A DNA stretch of 64,000 bases, taken from contig OX638375.1 in assembly GCA_951813575.1 (NCBI GenBank), positions 3,805,108 to 3,869,107 on the forward strand, in the 5' to 3' direction. The notes below the pieces were generated by a model. The model saw only the letters and a program-made list of their open reading frames with translations, was not told the origin of the DNA and did not search any database. The DNA is from Candidatus Binatia bacterium. Its GTDB lineage: Bacteria > Desulfobacterota > Binatia > UBA9968 > JAJDTQ01. This document shows positions 29,701 to 39,760 of this stretch, piece after piece; within the stretch, counting starts at the first letter, position 1; every line of letters starts with the position of its first letter. A program made the translations under genes and the position numbers.

Positions 29701-31840
29701 ATGCGTTTCCTTATCGCGAATACCTTCACTGAAAGTCTGGCCAAACTGGCCGCTGAAGAACAGAAGGCTGCCAAGACTACCGCCTTCGACTTGCAGACCT
29801 CCCGTCCTCAGCCGGGGCTTAGCTACCACCGGGTCGGGAAATCGAAAGACCCGAACTTCTGGTCCGTTCGCGTGAGCCGCGATGGTCCGGATCATCGTAC
29901 ATCGGACGCCCGACAGCACGCTCCTGTGCTACGTGGACCACCACGACAACGCCTATAAGTGGGCCGAACGCCGTAGACTGGAGATTCACCCACAGACCGG
30001 TGCGGCGCAACTGGTTGAGGTGCGGGAGACGGTTCAGGAAATCACTGTGCCGAGGGTGGTGGAAGCCGGACAGGAGATCCAGCCAAAGCCGTTACTGTTC
30101 ACCAACATCACCGACAGTGATCTCTTGAGCTACGGTGTGCCGGACGAATGGCTGAATGACATACGCGGCGTCGACGAAGACAGCCTCCTGGATTTGGTCG
30201 AGCATCTGCCCGGTGAGGCGGCAGAGGCGCTGCTGGAACTGGCCGTTGGTGGTTCGCCACGACCCGCCCAGCCTTCTTCATTCGAACACACCGACGTCCA
30301 TGTGGTGGCAGAACCGGCCGCCGAATATGTCGGAACCGCGCCCCTCGATCCCTTTGAGCATCCCGATGCCCAACGTCGTTTCCGTGTCATGCACGATGTC
30401 GCTGAATTGGAGCGTGCTCTTGAGTATCCTTGGGAGAAGTGGGCGGTTTTCCTCCATCCGGTGCAGAGGCAGATCGTGGAGAAGGACTTCGCCGGTCCGG
30501 CACGTGTCTTTGGTACCGCCGGCACCGGGAAAACCATCGTGGCAATCCACAGAGCCGCGCGTCTTGCCAGCGCCAACCCCGATGCCAGGGTCCTCCTGAC
30601 CACGTTTTCTGACACACTGGCCGACGCTCTTCGGACCAAACTCGCGCGCTTGATCCACAACCAGCCCAGACTCGCAGAGCGCATTGAGGTCGAGGCCATC
30701 GACGCAGTTGGCGAACGGCTATATCGAGCGCAATTCGGTTCTCCAAGAATCGCAACACGCGACCAGATTGTGGCGCTACTGGCGAATGCGGCGGACCAAT
30801 CAGACGCGAGTGACTTCAATCCTCGTTTCTTACTCGGCGAGTGGAAAAACGTCGTCGATGCATGGCAGTTGGATAGCTGGGAGGCTTACCGCGATGTGCG
30901 GAGGCTGGGTCGCAAGACACGGCTGCCTTCCGAGCGCCGGTTGGCCCTTTGGGCTGTTTTCGAGCGGGTCAGGGAAGAGCTTGGGAGACAAGGTCTGGTG
31001 ACCAGGGCCGGCATGTTCGGCTCGCTGACCGAAAAGCTCAGGGACCGACCGACTCCGCTGTTTGAGTTCGTGATCGTGGACGAGGCGCAAGACATCGGAG
31101 TCGCCCAACTGCGTTTCCTGGCCGCGCTGGGAAGTCAGCGACCGAACGGCCTCTTCTTTGCGGGGGATCTTGGTCAGCGCATCTTCCAAACGCCGTTTTC
31201 GTGGAAGGCCATGGGCGTCGAGGTCCGCGGGAGATCTCAGATACTGAAGCTCAACTACCGCACTTCCCATCAGATCAGGGCTAAGGCTGACCGTTTGCTC
31301 GGCCCGGAAGTTACCGATGTCGACGGTAATGTGGAGGATCGGCGAGGAACGGTTTCGGCATTCAATGGCCCCGATCCCATCATGCGTGTATTCGAAACAC
31401 AGCAGGAAGAGGCAGATGCCGTCGCGCAATGGTTGCAGCAATGTGCCAGCGAAGGCGTGAGCCCCGGTGAGATGGGAGTATTCGTGCGGTCTGCGGCGCA
31501 ATTGGACCGGGCTCGTAAGGCAGTGACCGACGCGGGATTCTTTTTTCAGGTCTTGGACGAACAGGATAGCAATAGTGGCGACGTTGTCTCGATAAGCACT
31601 ATGCATCTGGCAAAGGGTCTTGAGTTCCGCACCGTCGCAGTCATGGCATGTGACGATGAAGTCTTTCCCTTACAGGAACGGATCGAGAACGTGGCCGACG
31701 AAGCCGACCTTGAGGAGGTCTACGACACGGAAAGGCACCTGCTCTACGTGGCCTGTACGCGCGCCCGCGACCACTTGATAGTCACGGCTGTGGAGCCGGC
31801 GTCAGAGTTCCTGGATGATTTGCGGGGACAACCATCATAG
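29701..31840 (+). pseudogene. UvrD-like SF1 helicase with N-terminal RelE-like domain, split by one +1 frameshift at ~29884
   Basis: Removing one G in GATGGTC joins FWSVRVSRD to VRIIVHR; GTAGTGKT, VDEAQD, GDLGQ, NYRT, AKGLEF, YVACTRAR are intact; may be a sequencing error. Confidence 0.8.
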
Positions 31841-32470
31841 TCCGTCATCCCTCGGCGGAATCTGCAACCCCCTCTGCACCGCCGGCCTCGCGCCTACCCG
31901 GGCCAGCCACTTTCGCACGTTGGGGTAGCGGTCGAGGTCGATCTCCTGCATTTCCCAGCGGTAGATCCAGGGGTAGGCCGACACGTCGGCGATGGAGTAG
32001 TCACCCGCGAGATACTCCCGGCCTTCCAGGCCGCGGTTGAGCACTCCGTAGACGCGGTTGTTCTCCGTTTGCCACACGCCCAGGTGGGTGTGTTCTTCGC
32101 CGGCGTCGCGGCGGCGGATCTGCCAGTGCACGCCCAGGCCCGTGTGGGTGATGTGGCCGGAGGCGAAGAACAGCCAGTTCAGGGCCTCCATGCGGGCGGC
32201 CGGGTCTTCGGGCAGGAGCCGCCCCGACTTTTCCGCGAGATAGATCAGAATCGCGCCTGACTCGAACACGGTGACGGACGCGCCATCGGGGCCGTCATCA
32301 TCCACGATGCAGGGGATCCGGCCGTTGGGGTTGATGGCCAGGTACCAGTCTTCTTTCTGTTCCCCCGTATCCAGGTCCATGGGCCGGACCCGGTAGTCGA
32401 GTCCGGATTCCTCCAGCATGATGGACGCCTTGCGGCCGTTGGATGTCGCCTTGCTGTACAGTGTGATCAT
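31835..32470 (-). CDS. glutathione S-transferase family (YfcG-like)
   Basis: TSNGRKASIMLEE, INPNGRIP, FESGAILIYLAE, YSIAD. Confidence 0.93.
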   Translation of the reverse strand: MITLYSKATSNGRKASIMLEESGLDYRVRPMDLDTGEQKEDWYLAINPNGRIPCIVDDDGPDGASVTVFESGAILIYLAEKSGRLLPEDPAARMEALNWLFFASGHITHTGLGVHWQIRRRDAGEEHTHLGVWQTENNRVYGVLNRGLEGREYLAGDYSIADVSAYPWIYRWEMQEIDLDRYPNVRKWLARVGARPAVQRGLQIPPRDDGL

Positions 32471-32583
32471 CGTCGTCTGCCTTTTTGTCCGCGTGGTTTG
32501 TGGCGAGTCTACCGATTTCCTGTAGACTTTATCACAGGGATACATTGGCCTCCGAGCACTCTGTTGCATCCCAGGACCCTGTT

Positions 32584-34221
32584 ATGGCTACACCCTATCG
32601 CGAAATTCTGGACAAGGTACGGCTGGCGTTTCCCCAGCCGGTATCCGATCCCATCCACGATTCGTACTTCATCCACTCCATCATGCGTGCGCTGGACCAG
32701 GTGGATGCGTTGAAGACGGAGTTGCCGATCCTCGGTGAACTGGTGCCGGGCGATTTCGAGGAGGCGCGGAAGTCGACCCTGCCGGCGGGGCCGTCGTCGG
32801 TGGAGACGGTGACCTCCGACCTGGTGGGGTACCTGCGGGGCATGACCATCTTCGGCCATCCCCGCACGCAGCAGAACGTCATCCCGCCGCCCACCATCCC
32901 CAGCGTCATCGGCGTGCTGCTGGCTGCGTTGCACAACCCCAACATCGCCTGGGACGAATACAGCCGGCTTGTGGCCCTGGCCGAGGTGGAGGCCGTGGGC
33001 ATGACCGCGGCGCTCGTCGGCTACGACCCGGAACGGGCCGGCGGCGTGTTCACCTTCGGCGGCACCGGCACGTCGCTTTACGGCGTCAAGATGGGGCTGG
33101 AGAAGGCCTGTCCGGATACCATCCACAACGGCGTGTCCGAGGACGCCGTCATCCTGGTGTCGGACGCCGGGCACTACTGCGCCGCCAACATCGCCGGTTG
33201 GCTCGGCCTCGGCACGCGGAACCTGATGACGGTGCCCACCACCGACGACAACGAGATCGACTTGGTCCGGCTGGAGGAGGCTGCCCGAAAGGCCCTGACG
33301 GAGGGCAGGAAGATCGCCGCCATCATCGCCACCATGGGCACCACCGACTCGTTCGGCATCGACGACCTCAAGGCCATCGCCACGCTGCGGGACGCGCTGG
33401 CGGACGAGTTCCGGCTCGCCTACCGCCCGCACATCCACGCCGACGCGGTCATCGGCTGGGCGTGGTCGGTGTTCAACGACTACGATTTCGAAGGCAACCC
33501 CCTGGGCTTCCGGCCGCGCACCCTGCGCGCCCTGGCCGGGGCGTGCCGCCGCATCCGCCATCTGTCGCTGGCGGACTCCCTGGGCGTGGACTTCCACAAG
33601 ACCGGCTTCACCCCGTACATCTCGAGCCTGGTGCTGGTGAAGGACCGCACCGACCTGCACCGGGTTGCACGGGGTCCGGAGCAGATGCCCTACCTCTACC
33701 ATTTCGGGGAACACCGGCCCGGCATGTACACGCTGGAAACCTCCCGGGCCGGCACCGGCCCGCTCGCCGCCATCGCCAACTACCGCCTGTTCGGGCGGCA
33801 GGGCCTGCAGGTGGTGCTGGGGCATATCGTGGAGATGGCCCAGCTCCTGCGCGAACACCTCGAAGGGCGCGAAGGCACCACCGTGCTCAACCGCGACAAC
33901 TTCGGCACCGTGACTCTGTTCCGCGCCTACCCGCCGGATGTGGACACCTTCGCCATCAAGCGCCAGGAGTTCGACGACCCCGCCTTCCGCGACACCCTGC
34001 TGTCCCACAACCAGTGGAACCGGAAGATCTTCCAGTACGTCCACTCCGAAGCCATGGCCGGCCGTGGCGTGGTCATCTCCGCCACCGACTGCTACCGCCG
34101 CACCGCCTACGGCGAACCCATCTACGCCCTCAAGTCCTACATCCTGTCCCCGTTCGTGGACGAAGCGGACGTCGAGGCCGTGGTCGAAAAGATCATGGAA
34201 GCGCGGGAGAAGGTGGGGTAG
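32584..34221 (+). CDS. group II PLP-dependent decarboxylase
   Basis: FTFGGT, GHYC, TMGTT, HADAVIG, DFHKTG (PLP Lys), TLETSR. Confidence 0.9.
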   Translation: MATPYREILDKVRLAFPQPVSDPIHDSYFIHSIMRALDQVDALKTELPILGELVPGDFEEARKSTLPAGPSSVETVTSDLVGYLRGMTIFGHPRTQQNVIPPPTIPSVIGVLLAALHNPNIAWDEYSRLVALAEVEAVGMTAALVGYDPERAGGVFTFGGTGTSLYGVKMGLEKACPDTIHNGVSEDAVILVSDAGHYCAANIAGWLGLGTRNLMTVPTTDDNEIDLVRLEEAARKALTEGRKIAAIIATMGTTDSFGIDDLKAIATLRDALADEFRLAYRPHIHADAVIGWAWSVFNDYDFEGNPLGFRPRTLRALAGACRRIRHLSLADSLGVDFHKTGFTPYISSLVLVKDRTDLHRVARGPEQMPYLYHFGEHRPGMYTLETSRAGTGPLAAIANYRLFGRQGLQVVLGHIVEMAQLLREHLEGREGTTVLNRDNFGTVTLFRAYPPDVDTFAIKRQEFDDPAFRDTLLSHNQWNRKIFQYVHSEAMAGRGVVISATDCYRRTAYGEPIYALKSYILSPFVDEADVEAVVEKIMEAREKVG

Positions 34222-34281
34222 GGGCGCTGTCTTACCACTAGCGAATTTGGAGAGAGGATACTTCTCGCCGCGCGGTGGAGC

Positions 34282-34375
34282 TGAGGTGTCCCCGAAAACT
34301 GGACAGATTGCTAGGGTGCATTCCACCGACTTAAGGAGGGATACGCAATGAGCACACGATGGCGAATTTAGCGGG
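34282..34375 (+). mobile_element. IS3-family left-end relic
   Basis: TGAGGTGTCCCCGAAAACTGGACA end-like sequence, AAGGAGG RBS and ATG AGC ACA CGA (orfA-like start), then truncated. Confidence 0.5.
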
Positions 34376-34403
34376 TCGTTGTTCTCCGCTAGTTGTTTCC
34401 TAT

Positions 34404-35318
34404 CTAGGCGACAACAATATTGCGCGCTCCAAAGTTAATTTCGCCGTATCTGACAATTGCATCTATCTTTGCTTTCATTACGTCGAACAATGGGAGGGAT
34501 CCGTCAAGAATTAGAGCTAGATCTTCGCCGGTCATCAGTACAATTCGTGGCGCATCACCAGAAAACTTGTTGATCGAAGTGTCGTCGAATCCTTCGGCGG
34601 CGAGAAATAACCCTCGGGTACTTTGGGCCTTGCCGCGAATCTTGCCGTCGAAAATTGAAAGGGCGGGTTGCTTGGTCTGTCCCTGAATCCACTTTACCTC
34701 AACAAGATAGTCGAACTTCTCGAATTTAAAGTGCCCATCAATCTGTTCTCTACCCGGTGTGCGGTACGGTTTCGTATGCTCAAGTTCCTCCAAATGGAGT
34801 AGTTCGAAGAACAAACTTTCGAGTTTGAACCCGCGTTGTTGCGGAGTTAGTTCATTAGTGCCGGCCATTTCCTGGAATTGTTTATTGAGGTCCGAAAGAC
34901 GCTTGTTTCTTGCTGCTTTGCTCTCCACAGAACTCTCGTAGTTCGCGCGCGTTTTCTCGCGCTGGCGCTCCTTGATGGCTGCTTCAATAGGATCGTCACC
35001 GACCGTTTCACGGAACTGTTCTAGTAGCTGTCTCGCTCTCGCCGTGTCCAGCTTTTCGGGATCCACAGCGTTTCGCAGGCGGTAGAAGTTGGATACCAAC
35101 CTCTTTATCGTCTCTGTTTCGCGGTTCTCGTCGAGGACGCGGAGAATGTTACGCATTACCTCGTACTTGTTGAAGGTTCCTTTCGGATACTGCTGATAAA
35201 GCGAACTTCGGACGCCGCTGCTCTCGAGAAAACTATGAAAGCTATTCCAAAACCAAAAACAAGCTCCGGCAAGGCTCACCATCTGTTCCTTGATCTCAAA
35301 GTTGAGTTGTTGGGCCAT
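34404..35318 (-). CDS. restriction endonuclease-like protein (C-terminal Mrr-type PD-(D/E)xK)
   Basis: RGFKLE, QIDG, VEVKW, GLFL..GF; lower-GC codon usage. Confidence 0.8.
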   Translation of the reverse strand: MAQQLNFEIKEQMVSLAGACFWFWNSFHSFLESSGVRSSLYQQYPKGTFNKYEVMRNILRVLDENRETETIKRLVSNFYRLRNAVDPEKLDTARARQLLEQFRETVGDDPIEAAIKERQREKTRANYESSVESKAARNKRLSDLNKQFQEMAGTNELTPQQRGFKLESLFFELLHLEELEHTKPYRTPGREQIDGHFKFEKFDYLVEVKWIQGQTKQPALSIFDGKIRGKAQSTRGLFLAAEGFDDTSINKFSGDAPRIVLMTGEDLALILDGSLPLFDVMKAKIDAIVRYGEINFGARNIVVA

Positions 35319-35514
35319 TCTAGAGACTCCTCCCGACGCTGATATACACCTGCGGCGGCAAACTCGACGACCTGTGGAGCTTTTCTATAGAACCTACCAT
35401 TCTCTGGTTGCCGAATGCTCAGCTGCGGTGAGCGCGATCTCTCGCCCCGGAATCCAGTAGCGGAGACAAACCAGAGTATACCGCAAGCATCACAAATCCT
35501 GAAGGAGGTCACTG

Positions 35515-35905
35515 TGCATCGAGCTTCTGAAACAGGCGGATATCGTGGTGACCAACCCTCCGTTTTCCCTGTTTCGCGAATACGTCGCCCAGCTCATGGA
35601 GCACGACAAGCAGTTCCTGATCATCGGGAACATGAACGCCGTCACATACAAAGAGTTCTTTCCGTTGATCAATGACGGGAAAGTCTGGCTTGGTCCCAGC
35701 ATCAAGAGCGGGGACAGGAACGTTCGGCGTGCCCCACCACTACCCGCTTGATGCCGCGACTGTGTGGATTGACGTTGACGGGAACAAGTTCATCAAGGTC
35801 AAGGGCGTGCGCTGGTTCACCAATCTTGATTTTCCGCAGAGGCATGAAGACGTGATCCTCTACAAGCGCTACTAGCCGGAGGAATACCCTGCCTACGACA
35901 ACGAC
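35515..35905 (+). pseudogene. EcoRI-family adenine methyltransferase fragment
   Basis: CIELLKQADIVVTNPPFSLFREYV..IIGNMNAVTYKE..VRWFTNLD; frameshift ~35720, TAG at 35873, both ends missing. Confidence 0.85.
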
Positions 35906-35909
35906 AATG

Positions 35910-36502
35910 AAAACTGGCATGTCTGGCCAAAAGGCCAACGGTTATCCCATCTTGAGGGGCAGGCGGCGCAAGGGAAAAGAATACCTCGAAATCGCAATTC
36001 AATGGACCAAGGACGAAGGCCAAACGGTCGAGGAGTACATGGCCGCGCATCAACACGATAGGACCGCAACTGCCTTGTAGAGTTACTTCCAGTCGGTAAT
36101 CCACCGGGTGGAAGCGGTTTTCCCGAACTACCGAAATCAAATGAAAGGCGTGGATTGGGGCGGACTCTACGCACACCTCAAGAACGAGAGCTTGGACCCC
36201 AAGGCGCTAGAGGATGAGGTTGCCCGCCTGACGATAGACGACGATGTGACGAAGAAGCGGGCATCTACGCCTATCTACTCACCGGCGAGGAAAGGCACCT
36301 GAGTATTCGCGCCTTCACCCCTGCCATGAAGTAGGGGGCGTTCGAGATTCAAAAGGGCATCTGCAAGGTATGCGCGAAGACGTTTGAGATGACGAACATG
36401 GAGGCCGACCACATCACCCCTTGGGCTGAGGGTGGCAAGACAATCCCAGAGAACTGTCAAATGCTGTGCAAGGATTGCAATCGCAGGAAATCCAACATAT
36501 GA
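35910..36502 (+). pseudogene. C-terminal part of an HNH endonuclease (DUF262-HNH type)
   Basis: [42 protein letters not shown]; internal stops and frameshifts. Confidence 0.8.
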
Positions 36503-36718
36503 GCGCACAGGGCATAGTATGGAGCGCCAGACGGAGGACACGATGTCAGAGAGACCAAGGGCGCGACGCGGAAGCCGCCGAGCAAGCTTCAGCCGACGAG
36601 GCCGAGATGGAAGAGGTCATCGTGATCGACGCGACACTCGACCAGCTCGCGGGCGCGGTGCTGGCTGGCGGTGCGCCGGGCAGAGAGCCCGTGAAGCCAA
36701 CGGCCTCAAAGTAATTTG

Positions 36719-37132
36719 ATGCTGACCGAGAACGACGTTGTGGAGGCCGTCGCGAACCATCTTCGGGCGGCTGGCTGGCGCGTTGAAAGCACCAGCAGGA
36801 CCAACGACCGCGGCCATGACATCTTGGCGACGAAGGATAGGGTGACACTCGCAATCGAGGCAAAGGGCGAGACATCGAGCAAGCTCGGCTCCCGTCGTCA
36901 CGGGCAGGCGTTCAGTAGCGGCCAAAAGATCAGCCATGTATCTCGTGCCCTGTACAAAGCGGCCTCCGTCTTTAGCGCAGGCCAATACCGCGCAGGGATC
37001 GCGCTGCCTGCGACCGACAGACACCGGAAGCTCATCATGGAAGTTGGGCCTGCGCTGGAGGCGTTGAATGTGTCGGTCTTCTTCGTTCGCAGTGACGGAA
37101 CCGTATCCCCGCATAGGCACTCAGGTATATGA
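36719..37132 (+). CDS. small PD-(D/E)xK nuclease-like protein
   Basis: ENDVV..L..GW, GHDILA, IEAKG. Confidence 0.7.
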   Translation: MLTENDVVEAVANHLRAAGWRVESTSRTNDRGHDILATKDRVTLAIEAKGETSSKLGSRRHGQAFSSGQKISHVSRALYKAASVFSAGQYRAGIALPATDRHRKLIMEVGPALEALNVSVFFVRSDGTVSPHRHSGI

Positions 37133-37289
37133 TCCCAAAAACGGCAAACAGACAGTCCGTGGCTTGGTATCTGAGAAAGGCCGGCCGGAGGCGGTTGGCG
37201 ATGGAGCCGACATCACCAATGCGCGGGAAGGCGACGGACAATGCGGGTTCAGCGTTGGGGATGTAGCTGGATCAATCGGTTCGGCAAGT

Positions 37290-37481
37290 CCTGGGGATGC
37301 GCATGAAGCCGTCCGCCATGCGCCGGGGGGCCGCGTGGGCTCACCTGCATCTCCCGACCGGGACCGTTCGGTCAGGAGTCACTCCGCGGTCCGAGGTGTG
37401 CCGTTTATGGAGGCCAGGATCGCCGACAAGCTGTACGACATCAACTGGATCGACTGGCTGATGCACTTTGAGTTCTCGTAA
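37290..37481 (+). mobile_element. degenerate transposase fragments (IS1-like C-terminus, possible IS1595-like HEAVRH)
   Basis: RSHSAVRGVPFMEARIADKLYDINWI resembles the R.H.TL..TPAM.AG..D..W.I tail of IS1-like transposases (from recall). Confidence 0.35.
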
Positions 37482-37596
37482 ACTCGGGTGTGGAGGTCCG
37501 GTGCGCCCAGGTAATCACAGCAGCCTCAGGGGGTTCTGTTGAGCCGGGTCTCCACACCAGACTGAGCCCTCGTCCTGAGAAAATGAAAGGAACAAG

Positions 37597-38367
37597 ATGG
37601 GAGTGAAAAGAATCCAGTGTTTTGTCGCTATGTGGCTGGGGGACGATGAATCCTCACGAAACGAGATGAACCAACTCTACGACCTTGTAATCCAGCCAGC
37701 CCTTGCTGCGAGCGGTATAGACGCCTACCGCGTGGATCGTGATCCTTCAACCGACAAGATCGACGACCGAATCCGAGAGAAGCTCGACGCCTGCGACATG
37801 GTTTTGGTTGAACTGACGCACAATCCGGAGACGGGAATTCGCGGAAGCGTCATTTATGAGGCGGGATACGCTCACGGCAGTGAGAAACCGACGATCTGGA
37901 TGTGTCGCGAAGATCTAGCCAGCAATACCCCTTTCGACATCAGACAGTTCAGGCAGATCCGCTGGAATCTGCGCAAACTCACGGCGGCCGCAGATGAGTT
38001 GACGGAAGTTGCCGCTGCCAGGGCGGAGGAGGTCAGTTCACGTATCGACGAAGATTACATTCCCAATATCGCCGCGAAGGAGGTTAGCGCCGCCGACCCC
38101 GACGAAGTGCTGGACGATGATCTGAAAGCGCTGTTTCTCCAAATTGCCGACAGGATGGAGGCCGAGGACCAAGCCCCAGTCCTGCTTAATCTCCCAGCTA
38201 ATGAGGTGGCGCTTTTCGAGGAATTGGAATCACGCGGACTTTTTTCTTACGCGGAAACTTCGTCTTCTTTGGGGTCTGATGGACTGATGTATGTGGCGAC
38301 TCGCCTCACCTACAAGGGGCTGCAATTGCACCGGACGCTGAAATCAACGCTGGGCGGGAATCCCTGA
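37597..38367 (+). CDS. nucleoside 2-deoxyribosyltransferase/TIR-like domain protein
   Basis: CFVAMW, AYRVD, I..I...D..L.ELT, SVIYEAGYA, KPTIW, PFDIRQ. Confidence 0.78.
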   Translation: MGVKRIQCFVAMWLGDDESSRNEMNQLYDLVIQPALAASGIDAYRVDRDPSTDKIDDRIREKLDACDMVLVELTHNPETGIRGSVIYEAGYAHGSEKPTIWMCREDLASNTPFDIRQFRQIRWNLRKLTAAADELTEVAAARAEEVSSRIDEDYIPNIAAKEVSAADPDEVLDDDLKALFLQIADRMEAEDQAPVLLNLPANEVALFEELESRGLFSYAETSSSLGSDGLMYVATRLTYKGLQLHRTLKSTLGGNP

Positions 38368-38527
38368 ACGCGTGGTGCCCAACAAGGCTTGCTATGCTGC
38401 CCGGGGTGGCCCAGAACACGTCGCTGCCAGCCAGCGATCAGTCGATATCTTGGCTCTTGCGTCGTCCATCCAACTCCTGCACTCGCGTTCGTCAATGATG
38501 TCAGTCGGGAGTTGAGCGAGGTCTTCG

Positions 38528-38924
38528 GTGGTGGGGAAAGCCGAGCTGAGAAGGAAGAATGTCAATCACGCTCCGGAGCTTGACGGAGTTGCTGTGGCGC
38601 CGCTTGGGGGCGGCACCATGGCGGATGGATCGAGTACACTTTGCGTCTTGTGGGCAGATAGGTTGCTTGACGAAATCCGACGCCATCAAGAGTGCTTCGA
38701 TGGCCAGCGGGCTGAACTTCGGGCGGCCCTCCAGGACAAAGGGAATTAAGCCCACTGGTGAGATGAACTTCGCTCTCGTTTTGTGCGACGGGCCAAATCT
38801 ATCGGACGAACTGGTCGCATCCCTGAGACGCGATCAGTGTCTGAGCCGGAATCTCTGGCCTATGGGATTCTTGGTGGTAGAACGGACCACGCATGTGCCT
38901 GTCGTAGTGTCATTCAGACCATGA
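38528..38924 (+). other. possible frameshifted hypothetical gene
   Basis: Two short overlapping ORFs that could join near AAAGGGAAT (~38740); no recognisable motif. Confidence 0.2.
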
Positions 38925-39032
38925 TTCACTTCGCCTCCACATCCGGCAATCGCAACCTCGACTTGCGCCAAGCGGTACACCCAACGGGAACACGTAGGCA
39001 GCCGTGTTCTTCAGAATTAGGAGTTTGGGGAG

Positions 39033-39251
39033 TCATTGACCTACCCGCTCGGTGCGCACCGGCAGTGCTTTCGCGTCCAACGTGGACAGATCAACGCGCT
39101 GGAATGCTTTGTCGATGTCAAAGCCCACGACCTCTCCGGTGGCGTCGAGGTCGATGTTGAAACCTAGCGCGATTTCGCGGGTGGTCGTCCCGGGGCCGGG
39201 CTTGAGGCTTACGTAGAGGCTGTCAGTCTCGGGGTAGTAGGACAGTTTCAC
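39033..39251 (-). CDS. DUF2283 domain protein
   Basis: MKLSYYPETDSLYV..TREIA.G..ID.DA.GEVVGFDID; GTG start. Confidence 0.85.
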   Translation of the reverse strand: MKLSYYPETDSLYVSLKPGPGTTTREIALGFNIDLDATGEVVGFDIDKAFQRVDLSTLDAKALPVRTERVGQ

Positions 39252-39294
39252 CGGCGTTCGTCTCCAAATTTGCCACCAAAGGAGATCTGGCTGT

Positions 39295-39756
39295 TCAAGT
39301 TCGGCACAAGTCCTTCCTCTGAAGTAGCCTTTGGTGAGTGCGTTGGAAGTCGCTGCCTTCAAGGGTCGAATAGACCTTGCCTCGCGGGCTGTCGATGAGC
39401 CTCTTGTCCTTGAAATCCCGTTGGAGGGCAGCATCGTTAGAGTACAAGAGACGTGCGCCGCTCACGATGGCGAGGGCCAAAACGTGCAGGTCGTCGGACC
39501 TACACAGCCCCTCTTCCTGGAGTTCCCGTGTCTTCGCAGCCACCTCGTTTTCGCGTACCTGCTGGATCCGTCCAGAATTGAGCGCTTCCCGAGCCCATTC
39601 TCGTGCTGGTGTGCGGTCCAGTTCTGCCAAGAGTTGGCCGCCGACAAACAGACGTCCACTGCGTGCGTTGATCCAATCAAAAAATCTCGCCCCGGCCTCC
39701 GGGCGGTCAGTGCCGAACACTTCAGAGGCTACGTTTGCGTCGACAATCGCACACAT
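39295..39756 (-). CDS. PIN domain protein
   Basis: IVDANV, E, SDDLHVLALA, LLYSND acidic tetrad. Confidence 0.85.
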   Translation of the reverse strand: MCAIVDANVASEVFGTDRPEAGARFFDWINARSGRLFVGGQLLAELDRTPAREWAREALNSGRIQQVRENEVAAKTRELQEEGLCRSDDLHVLALAIVSGARLLYSNDAALQRDFKDKRLIDSPRGKVYSTLEGSDFQRTHQRLLQRKDLCRT

Positions 39757-39760
39757 GCGG

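Noticed and set aside
35873-36334. Amber recoding (three in-frame TAG stops in the MTase/HNH relic)
   Set aside because: Frameshifts and a deletion co-occur, and TAG terminates normal genes in this window, so ordinary decay fits better
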